A stretch of 52,764 nucleotides of DNA, from NCBI GenBank assembly GCA_046542505.1, contig JBKHBH010000005.1, positions 1-52,764 of the forward strand, read 5' to 3'. Below, piece by piece: positions 1 to 8,102 of this stretch (position 1 is its first letter; the number at the start of each line of letters is the position of its first letter). Under the pieces are notes generated by a model. It made no database searches, was not told the DNA's origin, and saw nothing but the letters and a program-made list of their open reading frames with translations. This DNA comes from Thermovirgaceae bacterium. GTDB taxonomy: Bacteria > Synergistota > Synergistia > Synergistales > Thermovirgaceae. A program made the translations under genes and the position numbers.

Positions 1-291
1 GCTGAAAGGCATCTCATGGTTCAGGACTTGGCACAGCGCCAGATTGCGTATCATTACATCTCAAGGTCACGAGCAACAGGCAACGTGGAATACCTTGCAG
101 AGGGCCTTAATCGAATTCACAAGTATTTCAGGAGCCATCCCCAGGCGAGGGAGATGAATCAGCTTCTTGCCTGGTACAAGAGGCTTGAAGAAAAAGAACT
201 TTTCGAAAGTGTCGCCGTTTATCTTCACCCCCGGTCAGGTGGAAATTCCATTGTTTCGCCGGGCCAAGGGGCAACAGACTTTAAACCATAG
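1..291 (+). CDS. 3' end of a hypothetical protein, truncated by the window start
   Basis: Frame open from base 1 (gct gaa agg cat ctc atg...) to TAG at 289-291; helical-looking sequence, no motif recognised. Confidence 0.6.
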   Translation, partial: AERHLMVQDLAQRQIAYHYISRSRATGNVEYLAEGLNRIHKYFRSHPQAREMNQLLAWYKRLEEKELFESVAVYLHPRSGGNSIVSPGQGATDFKP

Positions 292-324
292 GCCCCAATA
301 GCTCGCAAGATTTTGTGACTTGTT

Positions 325-2436
325 TCAGGAGATGTTCAGCAGTCCCTGGTATCGCGGGAAGGGCCAGAATTCGGAAGAAACGACGGCCTCTGCCTCCTGG
401 CAAAGCCTGCGGAGCTCTTCAATGGCGGGCAGGGATCTGGAGGTAAGGTCGTCTGACTGGTCCATGAGGGAAAGACCGTGAACGCCGTTTCGCATCGATG
501 AAAGGTGTTCAACAGAGACAAGAATGTCCGTCTTCAGTTTTACCAGACTGCGTATATGGTTTTTCCATTCCGAGGTATCCGTTCCGATGTTCTCGGGGAC
601 GGATGAAAAAGCTTCGCTTTCGAGACGTATCTGTTTTGAGAGCGCTGGCAGGACGCCCTCCCGGACCATGGATTCCATGACGGTCATGTCGATCTCGAGG
701 GTCTTGATGTACTGCTCGAGGCGTGTCTCATAGTAAGCGGTAATCTCTCTGTCGCTGAAGATCCCGAGATTGGCGAGAAGTTCGCGGTGCTCAGGCACCA
801 GGAAGAGACTCAGGGCCTCAAAAGTCGTTTCCGCCACGGGAAGCCCCCTCCGAATTGCCTCTTCCTCCCATTCGTCGGAATAGCAATTGCCTTCGAACCG
901 GATGTTCGCGCTCTCGTTGACGGCCGTCTTTATGGCGTCGAGGGCGGCGTCGGCGACGTCGGTTTCCGCAAGACGGGCTTCGATGCGTTCCGCTATGCGG
1001 TCCATTCCCCAGGTCCAGACAGCCAGCAACATTGTCAAAGGACCCGCCGTCGACTGGGACGAACCGGGGGCGCGGAATTCAAACTTGTTTCCCGTGTAGG
1101 CGATGGGCGCTGTCCTGTTCCGGTCGGTGTATTCGGGCTGTATCGAGGGAAGACGGTTCAGGCCGAGGTCAAGCATCCCCTTTGAGGGAAGCTCTTCGGG
1201 CAGGCCTTCGCCGATACGTTCCAGGATATTGGTCAGCACATTGCCCAGGTGGACGCTCATGATCGGCGGAGGCGCTTCGTTACCTCCAAGGCGGTGCATG
1301 TTGCCGGGCGTCGCGATGGATGCCCTCAAGAGCCCTCCGAATCGGGAAACGCCGAGAAGGAGCGAGCACAAAAGAGTCAGAAACTGCAGGTTCTTCCGCT
1401 GGCTTGAGGAGGGTTTGAGAAGGTTCCTGCCCTCGCTGTCCTGCAGAGAAAAGTTCAGGTGTTTGCCGCTTCCGTTGATGAAGGAGAAGGGTTTTTCGTG
1501 GAGCAGGAGACGAAAACCATGTCGGCTTGCGATGCGCCGCATCTGTTCCATGAGTATCTGGTTCTGGTCGACGGCAAGATTGGCCTCGGTGAATTGGGGT
1601 GCGAACTCAAACTGGCAGGGAGCCACCTCGTTGTGACGGGTCTTGAGGACCATGCCGAGAGTGAGCATTCTGTCGCTCAGGTCTTCCATAAAGGCAAGGA
1701 CCCTTGGGTGGATGGAGCCGAAATAGTGGTCCTCCATCTGTTGGCCCTTGGGAGGCGGTGAGCCCATGAGGGTTCGGCCGCAATAAAGCAGATCAGAGCG
1801 GTCTTCAGCCTTGTTGCTGTCGACGAGGAAAAATTCCTGTTCGGCTCCCATGGTGACCTGGGTCCAGCGGACGTTTCTGTTTCCGAAGAGCTTGAGAATC
1901 TTGAGAGTACGTTCCTCGACGGCTGCAAGAGCCCGAAGGAGCGGGGTCTTCATGTCCAGCGGCGTTCCATCGTTGCTGATGAATACTGAAGGAATGCATA
2001 AAGTGCCGCCTTTTTCACTTGGGATGACGAAGGCCGGGCTCGTCGGGTCCCAGGCGGTGTATCCCCGGGCTTCGAAGGTGGACCGCATCCCGCCCGAGGG
2101 GAGCGAAGAGGCGTCTGGTTCGCTCTGGATGAGTTCTTCCCCGTTGAAGGATTCCATGGGCGTTCCGCTTGCGTCCACCGTCAGAAAGGCCATGTGCTTT
2201 TCAGCTGTCAGCTCCGTACGGGGGTGGAACCAGTGGGTGTAATGGGTCGCCCCCCTGGAGACGGCCCACTCCTTCATTGCCGATGCTACGATGTCAGCCG
2301 TTGCGAAATCGAGCTTTTCTCCGCCGGACATGCTGTTTTTCAGTTTTTCAAAGGTCTGCTTGGGGAGACCCTCCCGCATTGCCTTTTCTCCGAAGACGTT
2401 GAGTCCAAAAAGTTTGGTTGGCCGCAGGTCATTCAT
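325..2436 (-). CDS. glnA: Glutamine synthetase type III
   Basis: GSIII motifs ATHYTHWFHP, EPDASSLPSGG.RSTFEARGYTAWDP, HNEVAPCQFE, LHEKPF..INGSGKH, RLGGNEAPP, DRNRT, NKFEFRAPGS. Start moved to ATG 2436, preceded by AGGAGG. Confidence 0.93.
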   Translation of the reverse strand: MNDLRPTKLFGLNVFGEKAMREGLPKQTFEKLKNSMSGGEKLDFATADIVASAMKEWAVSRGATHYTHWFHPRTELTAEKHMAFLTVDASGTPMESFNGEELIQSEPDASSLPSGGMRSTFEARGYTAWDPTSPAFVIPSEKGGTLCIPSVFISNDGTPLDMKTPLLRALAAVEERTLKILKLFGNRNVRWTQVTMGAEQEFFLVDSNKAEDRSDLLYCGRTLMGSPPPKGQQMEDHYFGSIHPRVLAFMEDLSDRMLTLGMVLKTRHNEVAPCQFEFAPQFTEANLAVDQNQILMEQMRRIASRHGFRLLLHEKPFSFINGSGKHLNFSLQDSEGRNLLKPSSSQRKNLQFLTLLCSLLLGVSRFGGLLRASIATPGNMHRLGGNEAPPPIMSVHLGNVLTNILERIGEGLPEELPSKGMLDLGLNRLPSIQPEYTDRNRTAPIAYTGNKFEFRAPGSSQSTAGPLTMLLAVWTWGMDRIAERIEARLAETDVADAALDAIKTAVNESANIRFEGNCYSDEWEEEAIRRGLPVAETTFEALSLFLVPEHRELLANLGIFSDREITAYYETRLEQYIKTLEIDMTVMESMVREGVLPALSKQIRLESEAFSSVPENIGTDTSEWKNHIRSLVKLKTDILVSVEHLSSMRNGVHGLSLMDQSDDLTSRSLPAIEELRRLCQEAEAVVSSEFWPFPRYQGLLNIS

Positions 2437-2540
2437 GGAAACGCCCTCCTTTTGTTTATAATCTGCGTATATACCACAAAATGGCTGCATATGCAAGCAA
2501 TAGTCGCATGTAAACAGATAGAAAGAGATAATTCCATACA

Positions 2541-2579
2541 TAAAAACCCCAAATCGCCTGTATACACGCGATTTGGGGT
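2541..2579 (-). terminator. Intrinsic terminator downstream of the gntR gene
   Basis: 12-bp inverted repeat ACCCCAAATCGC (2546-2557) / GCGATTTGGGGT (2568-2579), followed by a T-run on the minus strand. Confidence 0.75.
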
Positions 2580-2611
2580 ATATCTCACAGCCTCGCCAAA
2601 GGTAAGTCGAT

Positions 2612-3259
2612 TCAGGGGTTTTTCAGGGCTTTTCTGGAAAGGTCTACATGCGCGCGTATCAGATGTTCCGCCAGGTCGGCGTCGTTTTGACGAAGGGCGG
2701 ATAGGATCTGTCTGTGTTCTTCTAGGCTGGGGTTGGAATCGAAGTCGAAAAAAGATTCAAAGAGGATCATGTAGACATAAATTCGCGAAAGGATGTTCCC
2801 GACGAATTCCGAAAGCATCCGGTTGCCGCTGGCTTCGGCGATGATGCGGTGAAATGCGATATTTATACGCAGGTAGTCATCGAGCTTTCTTTCGGCGAAG
2901 GCCGTTTCCTCTTCATGGATGTTCTCCTCGAGCCTGTAGAGTTCGGGTGGACGGATCCGTTGGGCAGCCTTTCTGATGGACAGGCATTCAAGGTACTCGC
3001 GTAGCTCGTATGCATCGCGGACTTCTTCTTTTGTGGGGAAGACGAGGCGGGCGCCCAAGTTGGGGACAAAATCGACAAGCCCCTCGTTGGCGAGCCTGCG
3101 CAAAGCTTCCCGTACGGGCGTTCGGCTGACCTCGAGCTCCCGCGCAATCGACGCTTCCGGAAGACGCTGGCCCGCTGTGAGTTTTTTGCCAAAAATCCTA
3201 TTTCTCAGTTGACGGTACACGTATTCCGAAGCAGTGGAAAAGTCGTTTGGTGTTCTCAT
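2612..3259 (-). CDS. GntR-family (FCD domain) transcriptional regulator
   Basis: wHTH RLPEASIARELEVSRTPVREALRRL; FCD motifs FHRIIAEASGN and EEHRQIL. Start moved to ATG 3259 with GGAGG RBS. Confidence 0.92.
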   Translation of the reverse strand: MRTPNDFSTASEYVYRQLRNRIFGKKLTAGQRLPEASIARELEVSRTPVREALRRLANEGLVDFVPNLGARLVFPTKEEVRDAYELREYLECLSIRKAAQRIRPPELYRLEENIHEEETAFAERKLDDYLRINIAFHRIIAEASGNRMLSEFVGNILSRIYVYMILFESFFDFDSNPSLEEHRQILSALRQNDADLAEHLIRAHVDLSRKALKNP

Positions 3260-3408
3260 AAGGGTTCCTCCCGGTATAGACCGATTCAGGGTTTCTTCAC
3301 GCCCTTTTCTTACGGAAACGGATTGTACCTGATCATTGGGACCGTTGATAGCCTGCTTTGCCGGATAAACGCGGCGGCCGCGTCGAAATGGTATGCCCCG
3401 GCCGGGGG

Positions 3409-3437
3409 TTGACGTTTTAGAATAGATCATGTACAAA
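3409..3437 (+). promoter_or_regulatory. Putative sigma70 promoter of the SDR-gcvP-like operon
   Basis: TTGACG (3409-3414), 17 bp, TACAAA (3432-3437). Confidence 0.4.
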
Positions 3438-3440
3438 AGC

Positions 3441-3470
3441 ATGTATACGAAGTATACCATGTATACCATT
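3441..3470. promoter_or_regulatory. Putative GntR operator: three GTATAC palindromes at 9-bp period
   Basis: GTATAC at 3443, 3452 and 3461, between the divergent gntR and SDR genes; GTATAC-core boxes are typical of FCD-type GntR operators. Confidence 0.6.
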
Positions 3471-3513
3471 GCTGAAAAAGGGGATTTCTCTTTTTTTGAA
3501 AGGAGCGTTTCAG

Positions 3514-4260
3514 ATGTATGATGATTTGAAGGGAAGAACAGTTCTCGTGACCGGCGGCGCCAGCGGGATCGGAGAAGCGACGGCTCTGCGATTTCTCGAA
3601 GAAGGGTGCCGGGTTGCCGTTTTTGACAGGGACACAAAGGCTCTTGAGCGCCTGGTGGCAGAAAATCCGGGAATCGAGTTGGCCCTTGAGGGTGACGTTT
3701 GTTCTCCCGAAGATGTCGAAAGGGCTTTCGCGCAGATAGACAGCGGTTTCGCCCATCTTGACGTTCTCGTCTCAAACGCGGGAATCAGCGTCAGAAACCC
3801 CTTCACGGAGGTTACCTACGATCAATGGACAAAGGTCCTGAATATTAACCTCGGTGGAATGTTCCTTTTCGCCCGGGCCGCTGCGGAGCGCATGAAGGCG
3901 AAAAAGGGCGGAGTCATCCTGATGACGGCATCTACAAATGGTATGGAGGGGCATCCCCTGTACGCCGATTACAATGCTTCCAAGGCGGGGGTAATCCTTC
4001 TCACCAGGACATTAGCCTTGGAGTTTGCCCCGGATATCAGGGTGAACTGCGTGAGCCCGGGGTATGTCCTGACGCCGATGCAAAAAGCTGAATATACTGA
4101 AGAAATGCTCGAAAAGGTCAATGAAAAGATCCCCTTCAAGCGGCACGCAAAACCGTCGGAAGTGGCGGCGTTGTTTGCCTTTCTTGCGTCCTCCCAGGCA
4201 TCGTACATAACGGGGGCAAATATACCCATTGACGGTGGAGAGACAGCGGGACTTGTCTGA
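3514..4260 (+). CDS. Short-chain dehydrogenase/reductase (classical SDR, probably NAD-dependent)
   Basis: TGGASGIG, Asp after beta2 (VFDRD), NAG, YNASK, VNCVSPG, IDGG. ATG 3514 with AAGGAG RBS. Confidence 0.92.
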   Translation: MYDDLKGRTVLVTGGASGIGEATALRFLEEGCRVAVFDRDTKALERLVAENPGIELALEGDVCSPEDVERAFAQIDSGFAHLDVLVSNAGISVRNPFTEVTYDQWTKVLNINLGGMFLFARAAAERMKAKKGGVILMTASTNGMEGHPLYADYNASKAGVILLTRTLALEFAPDIRVNCVSPGYVLTPMQKAEYTEEMLEKVNEKIPFKRHAKPSEVAALFAFLASSQASYITGANIPIDGGETAGLV

Positions 4261-4288
4261 GAAACAGAACCCGAAGGAGGAAAAACAG

Positions 4289-5056
4289 ATGAAACACGAA
4301 GAACTGCTCAGTCTGAAAGGAAAGGTAGCCGTGGTGACCGGTGCTGCTTCAGGCATCGGCAAGGGGTGTGCCGAGTTCCTTGCAGACATGGGGGCGGAAG
4401 TTGTGCTTCTTGATATTTCAAAGGAAAAGGGCGAGTCTGCGGCGGCGGAAATCGCCTCGGGCGCCTCTTTCATGGAATGCGACATTACTGACGAGGCGCA
4501 GTGCAAGGCAGTGTCACGGAGAGTGAAAGAACGTTTCGGCAGGGTGGATGTTTTGGTCAACTGTGCGGGCGTTATCAGGAGAAAGAACGTCGTTGACCTG
4601 ACGGAAGAGGACTGGAATATCGTCATCGATGTCGGGCTCAAGGGGGCTTTCCTGGTATCCAAACACCTGATCCCCCTGATGGCGTCATGGGGCGGAGGGA
4701 GCATTATCAACATTGGATCAGGCTGGGGAATCAAAGGCGGACCGAATGCCGCGGCGTACTGTGCAGCCAAAGGCGGCATAACCAACCTGACGAGAGCCAT
4801 GGCCATCGATCACGGCCCTCAGAAAATCAGGGTCAATTGCGTTTCCCCGGGTGATACAGACACGCCTCTTCTGAGGGATGAGGCGAGACAGCTCGGAATT
4901 GACGAAGGTGAGTGGCTGGCCGAAAGCGCAGACAGGCCTCTTGCAAGACTCGGTGAGCCGAAGGACATCGCCATGGCGGTCTATTTCCTGGCAAGCGGTC
5001 TTTCAGGCTGGGTCTCTGGAACCAATATCGTAGTGGACGGCGGCGGAACGGCCTGA
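4289..5056 (+). CDS. Short-chain dehydrogenase/reductase (classical SDR)
   Basis: TGAASGIG, LLDIS, NCAG, YCAAK, VNCVSPG, VDGG. ATG 4289 with AAGGAGG RBS. Confidence 0.92.
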   Translation: MKHEELLSLKGKVAVVTGAASGIGKGCAEFLADMGAEVVLLDISKEKGESAAAEIASGASFMECDITDEAQCKAVSRRVKERFGRVDVLVNCAGVIRRKNVVDLTEEDWNIVIDVGLKGAFLVSKHLIPLMASWGGGSIINIGSGWGIKGGPNAAAYCAAKGGITNLTRAMAIDHGPQKIRVNCVSPGDTDTPLLRDEARQLGIDEGEWLAESADRPLARLGEPKDIAMAVYFLASGLSGWVSGTNIVVDGGGTA

Positions 5057-5099
5057 TCCTTCAGCACACCTTGAAGAAAACACAAGAGGAGGAATATTC

Positions 5100-6491
5100 A
5101 TGAGCAAACAGAAAATGGTGCACCCATACATCCCGAATTCAGACCCCCGAATTCAGAAAGAGATGCTGGAAGCCATCGGCGTTTCGGGCATAGACGAATT
5201 CTACAAGGGCATTCCTGAAGAACTTCGCGTGAAAGGATTGCTGAAACTTCCCGAAGCGCTTTCGGCTGAGTGGGACCTGAAACGGCACGTGGAAGACATG
5301 ATGCAGGAGAACACCTCCTGCCGCGACTCTCTGAGCTTTCTCGGCGGCGGCTGCTGGCAGCACCATGTGCCTGCCGTCTGCGACGAGATAAACAGGAGAT
5401 CGGAGTTTTTGACGGCTTACGCCGGAGAACCCTACGAGGATCACGGAAGATTCCAGGCGCTTTTTGAATACGCCAGCATGATGGCCGAGCTCGTTGATAT
5501 GGATGCCGTCAACGTCCCCACGTATGACGGATCACAGGCGGCTGCCACGTCGATCCGCATGGCATCCAGGATTACGGGGCGGAAAAGGGTTATTGTCGCG
5601 GCGAATGCTCATCCCGACAGGATCAGGGTGATCGAAAACTATTGCGACCCGGATATTGCCGTCGATCTCGTGAATTTCGATGAAAATACGGGAACCGTGG
5701 ATATCGGGAAGGTCGAAGCAGCCCTTGGCGATGACACAGCCGCCGTCTACATCGAGAACCCTTCCTATTTCGGCACTGTTGAGGCCGAAGGCGGGAAAAT
5801 AGCCGAAAAGGCTCACCAGGCCGGGGCGCTGCTTGTCGTGGGCTGCGACCCCTCGTCCCTTGGAGTCTTCGCACCACCGGCGAGTTACGGCGCTGATATT
5901 GCCTGCGGCGACCTGCAGCCTTTGGGAATGCACATGTATTACGGAGGGGCCCGGGCGGGTTTCATCGCCACCAGGGATGAGGAGAAATACGTTTCCGAAT
6001 ATCCTTCAAGGCTTTTTGGCATCGCTCCCACGACTCACCAGGCATGGGGTTTCGGTGACGTCGCATGGGAACGCCTGTCCTTTTCCGATCGAGAGAACGC
6101 AAAGGAGTTCGTCGGGACCGCGGCGGCTCTCTGGGCTATCACCGCCGGAGTGTACCTCGCGCTCATGGGGCCCAGCGGCATGCGGGAACTTGGAGAGGGC
6201 ATCCTCAAACGAAATGCCTATGCAAGAAAAAGGCTTTCGTCCATCCCTGGCGTGAAAGCCCTTTTCCCTGACGGAGTTTTCTTCAAGGATTTCGCCCTGA
6301 ATTTCGGCGGGACGGAAAAATCCGTGAAGGAAATCAACGAATGCCTCAGGGCGGAAGAAATCTTCGGTTGCGTGGATATTTCCGAGACGCATCCCACGCT
6401 CGGAGAAAGCGGCCTTTTCGCGGTGACCGAAATTCACACCGCGTCCGACATAGACCGGCTTGCGGACGCCCTGAAAAAGGCCGTCGCGTAA
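5100..6491 (+). CDS. gcvPA: Glycine cleavage P-protein subunit 1 (GcvPA)-like, divergent paralog
   Basis: HPYIPN N-terminus, SFLGGG..HHVPA, RSEFLTAY, YDG, ENPSYFG, GADIACGDLQPLG, AVTEIHT; substrate-site motifs are altered (see findings). Confidence 0.85.
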   Translation: MSKQKMVHPYIPNSDPRIQKEMLEAIGVSGIDEFYKGIPEELRVKGLLKLPEALSAEWDLKRHVEDMMQENTSCRDSLSFLGGGCWQHHVPAVCDEINRRSEFLTAYAGEPYEDHGRFQALFEYASMMAELVDMDAVNVPTYDGSQAAATSIRMASRITGRKRVIVAANAHPDRIRVIENYCDPDIAVDLVNFDENTGTVDIGKVEAALGDDTAAVYIENPSYFGTVEAEGGKIAEKAHQAGALLVVGCDPSSLGVFAPPASYGADIACGDLQPLGMHMYYGGARAGFIATRDEEKYVSEYPSRLFGIAPTTHQAWGFGDVAWERLSFSDRENAKEFVGTAAALWAITAGVYLALMGPSGMRELGEGILKRNAYARKRLSSIPGVKALFPDGVFFKDFALNFGGTEKSVKEINECLRAEEIFGCVDISETHPTLGESGLFAVTEIHTASDIDRLADALKKAVA

Positions 6492-6523
6492 AAACGTGAT
6501 TCTTGACAAGGGAGTTGAATGAC

Positions 6524-8086
6524 ATGGGAATGAATATAGATTCCAAGCTCAGGGATTTTCATCAGGCACGCTGGGACGAACCGATCATATACGAGATTTC
6601 GAAACCGGGAGAAAGAGGCGTATTGGTCCCGGAGTTCGGCGGCGATGACGCTGATGTGCAAATACCGGAAGGGATGAAACGCAACAGCGAACCGAACCTC
6701 CCGGAGATGGGGCAGATGCGCGTGTTGAGACATTACCTTCGGCTTTCCCAGGAAAATCTTGGCGCCGACCTCAATATTGACGTCGGCCAGGGAACATGCA
6801 CCATGAAGTACAGTCCCAAAATTAACGACCAGCTCGCGGCGAACCCGAAGGTGACCGAACTGCATCCCCGCCAGGATGAATCGACCGTCCAGGGAATTCT
6901 CAAGATGATTCACGAGACGGAGCTTTACCTTCGGGAAATATCCGGCATGGATCGGTTCTGTCTGCATCCGGGCGGCGGATCCCATGCGCTGTTGACAATA
7001 GCCTCAATCATCAGGAAATGGGTCGACAGCAGGGGTGAATCTGAAACGAGGGATGAAATCATCACCACCATTTTTTCCCATCCCTCAAACGCGGCTGTAA
7101 GCAAGCTGAAGGGTTTCAAGGTGATCACCATCTATCCCGGAGAAGACGGCCGTCCGGATATTGAAGCCCTCAAGGCCGCCGTTTCGGAACGGACCGCGGC
7201 GCTTTTGATCACCAATCCGGAGGATATAGGGATCTACAACTCGAGGATCAAAGAGTTTACGGACATTGTTCATGAAGCCGGCGGCATCTGCAGCTACGAC
7301 CAAGCCAATCTCAATGGGATCATGGGCCTTACCCGGGCCCGTGAGGCTGGGTTCGATCTTTGTTTCTTCAATCTCCACAAGACCTTCTCGGCTCCTCATG
7401 GTTGCGGCGGCCCCGGAGGCGGCGTGGTTGGAGCCACGAAGGCGCTTGCGGAGTTTTTGCCCGTGCCGCTGGTTTCTTACGACGCGAAGGGTGAACGCTA
7501 TTTCCTCGATTACGATGTGCGGAACACCATCGGCAAAGTCAAGGATTTTTATGGTGTCGTACCGGTTATCCTGAAAGCTTACGCATGGATCCGCAGTCTG
7601 GGGGCGGAAGGCCTTCTCGAGGCGGCGAAGGTAGCGGTACTGAATAACAATTACGTGTTCAAAAAAATCCTTGAAATCAGAGGCTGCTCGGCACCATACG
7701 CGGAAGGTGAGCTGAGGGTGGAACAGGTCCGTTACAGCTGGGAAGAATTGACCCGGGAAACGGGTATTACCACGGGGGATATCCAGAATCGCATGTTTGA
7801 CTTCGGCGTTCATTACTGGACGAGCCATGAACCCTGGATCGTCCCCGAGCCTGTCACCATCGAGCCTACCGAGTCTTATTCCAAGGACGAGCTCGACGAG
7901 TTTGTCGCCATACTCAAACATGTGGCCGGGGAAGCCTATGAAAACCCCGAGATGCTCAAGACGGCGCCCCATAAGAGTACTATCCACCATGTGGATCACG
8001 ACTATCTTGACGATCCCTCGAAGTGGGCCATGACATGGAGGGCGTACAAGAAGAAATTCGACGGTTATTTCGAGCCGAAGAAGTAG
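6524..8086 (+). CDS. gcvPB: Glycine cleavage P-protein subunit 2 (GcvPB)-like, divergent paralog
   Basis: RHYLRLSQEN, CTMKYSP, ITNPE, PLP-lysine motif NLHKTFSAPHG.GGPG, IEPTESYSK.ELD. Start set at ATG 6524 (GGGAG RBS); TTG 6503 is an alternative. Confidence 0.85.
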   Translation: MGMNIDSKLRDFHQARWDEPIIYEISKPGERGVLVPEFGGDDADVQIPEGMKRNSEPNLPEMGQMRVLRHYLRLSQENLGADLNIDVGQGTCTMKYSPKINDQLAANPKVTELHPRQDESTVQGILKMIHETELYLREISGMDRFCLHPGGGSHALLTIASIIRKWVDSRGESETRDEIITTIFSHPSNAAVSKLKGFKVITIYPGEDGRPDIEALKAAVSERTAALLITNPEDIGIYNSRIKEFTDIVHEAGGICSYDQANLNGIMGLTRAREAGFDLCFFNLHKTFSAPHGCGGPGGGVVGATKALAEFLPVPLVSYDAKGERYFLDYDVRNTIGKVKDFYGVVPVILKAYAWIRSLGAEGLLEAAKVAVLNNNYVFKKILEIRGCSAPYAEGELRVEQVRYSWEELTRETGITTGDIQNRMFDFGVHYWTSHEPWIVPEPVTIEPTESYSKDELDEFVAILKHVAGEAYENPEMLKTAPHKSTIHHVDHDYLDDPSKWAMTWRAYKKKFDGYFEPKK

Positions 8087-8102
8087 GGGTTGCACGAAAA
8101 TC

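Noticed and set aside
2437..2541. N-terminal extension of glutamine synthetase
   Set aside because: AGGAGG RBS precedes ATG 2436; the extension covers the probable promoter region.
2559..2566. TGTATACA upstream of glnA as a fourth GntR box
   Set aside because: It is the centre of the near-perfect terminator palindrome, which explains it without invoking regulation.
3260..3775. 172-aa N-terminal extension of the GntR ORF in the track
   Set aside because: Overlaps the operator region and the antisense SDR; a good RBS and ATG lie at 3259, where the wHTH begins.
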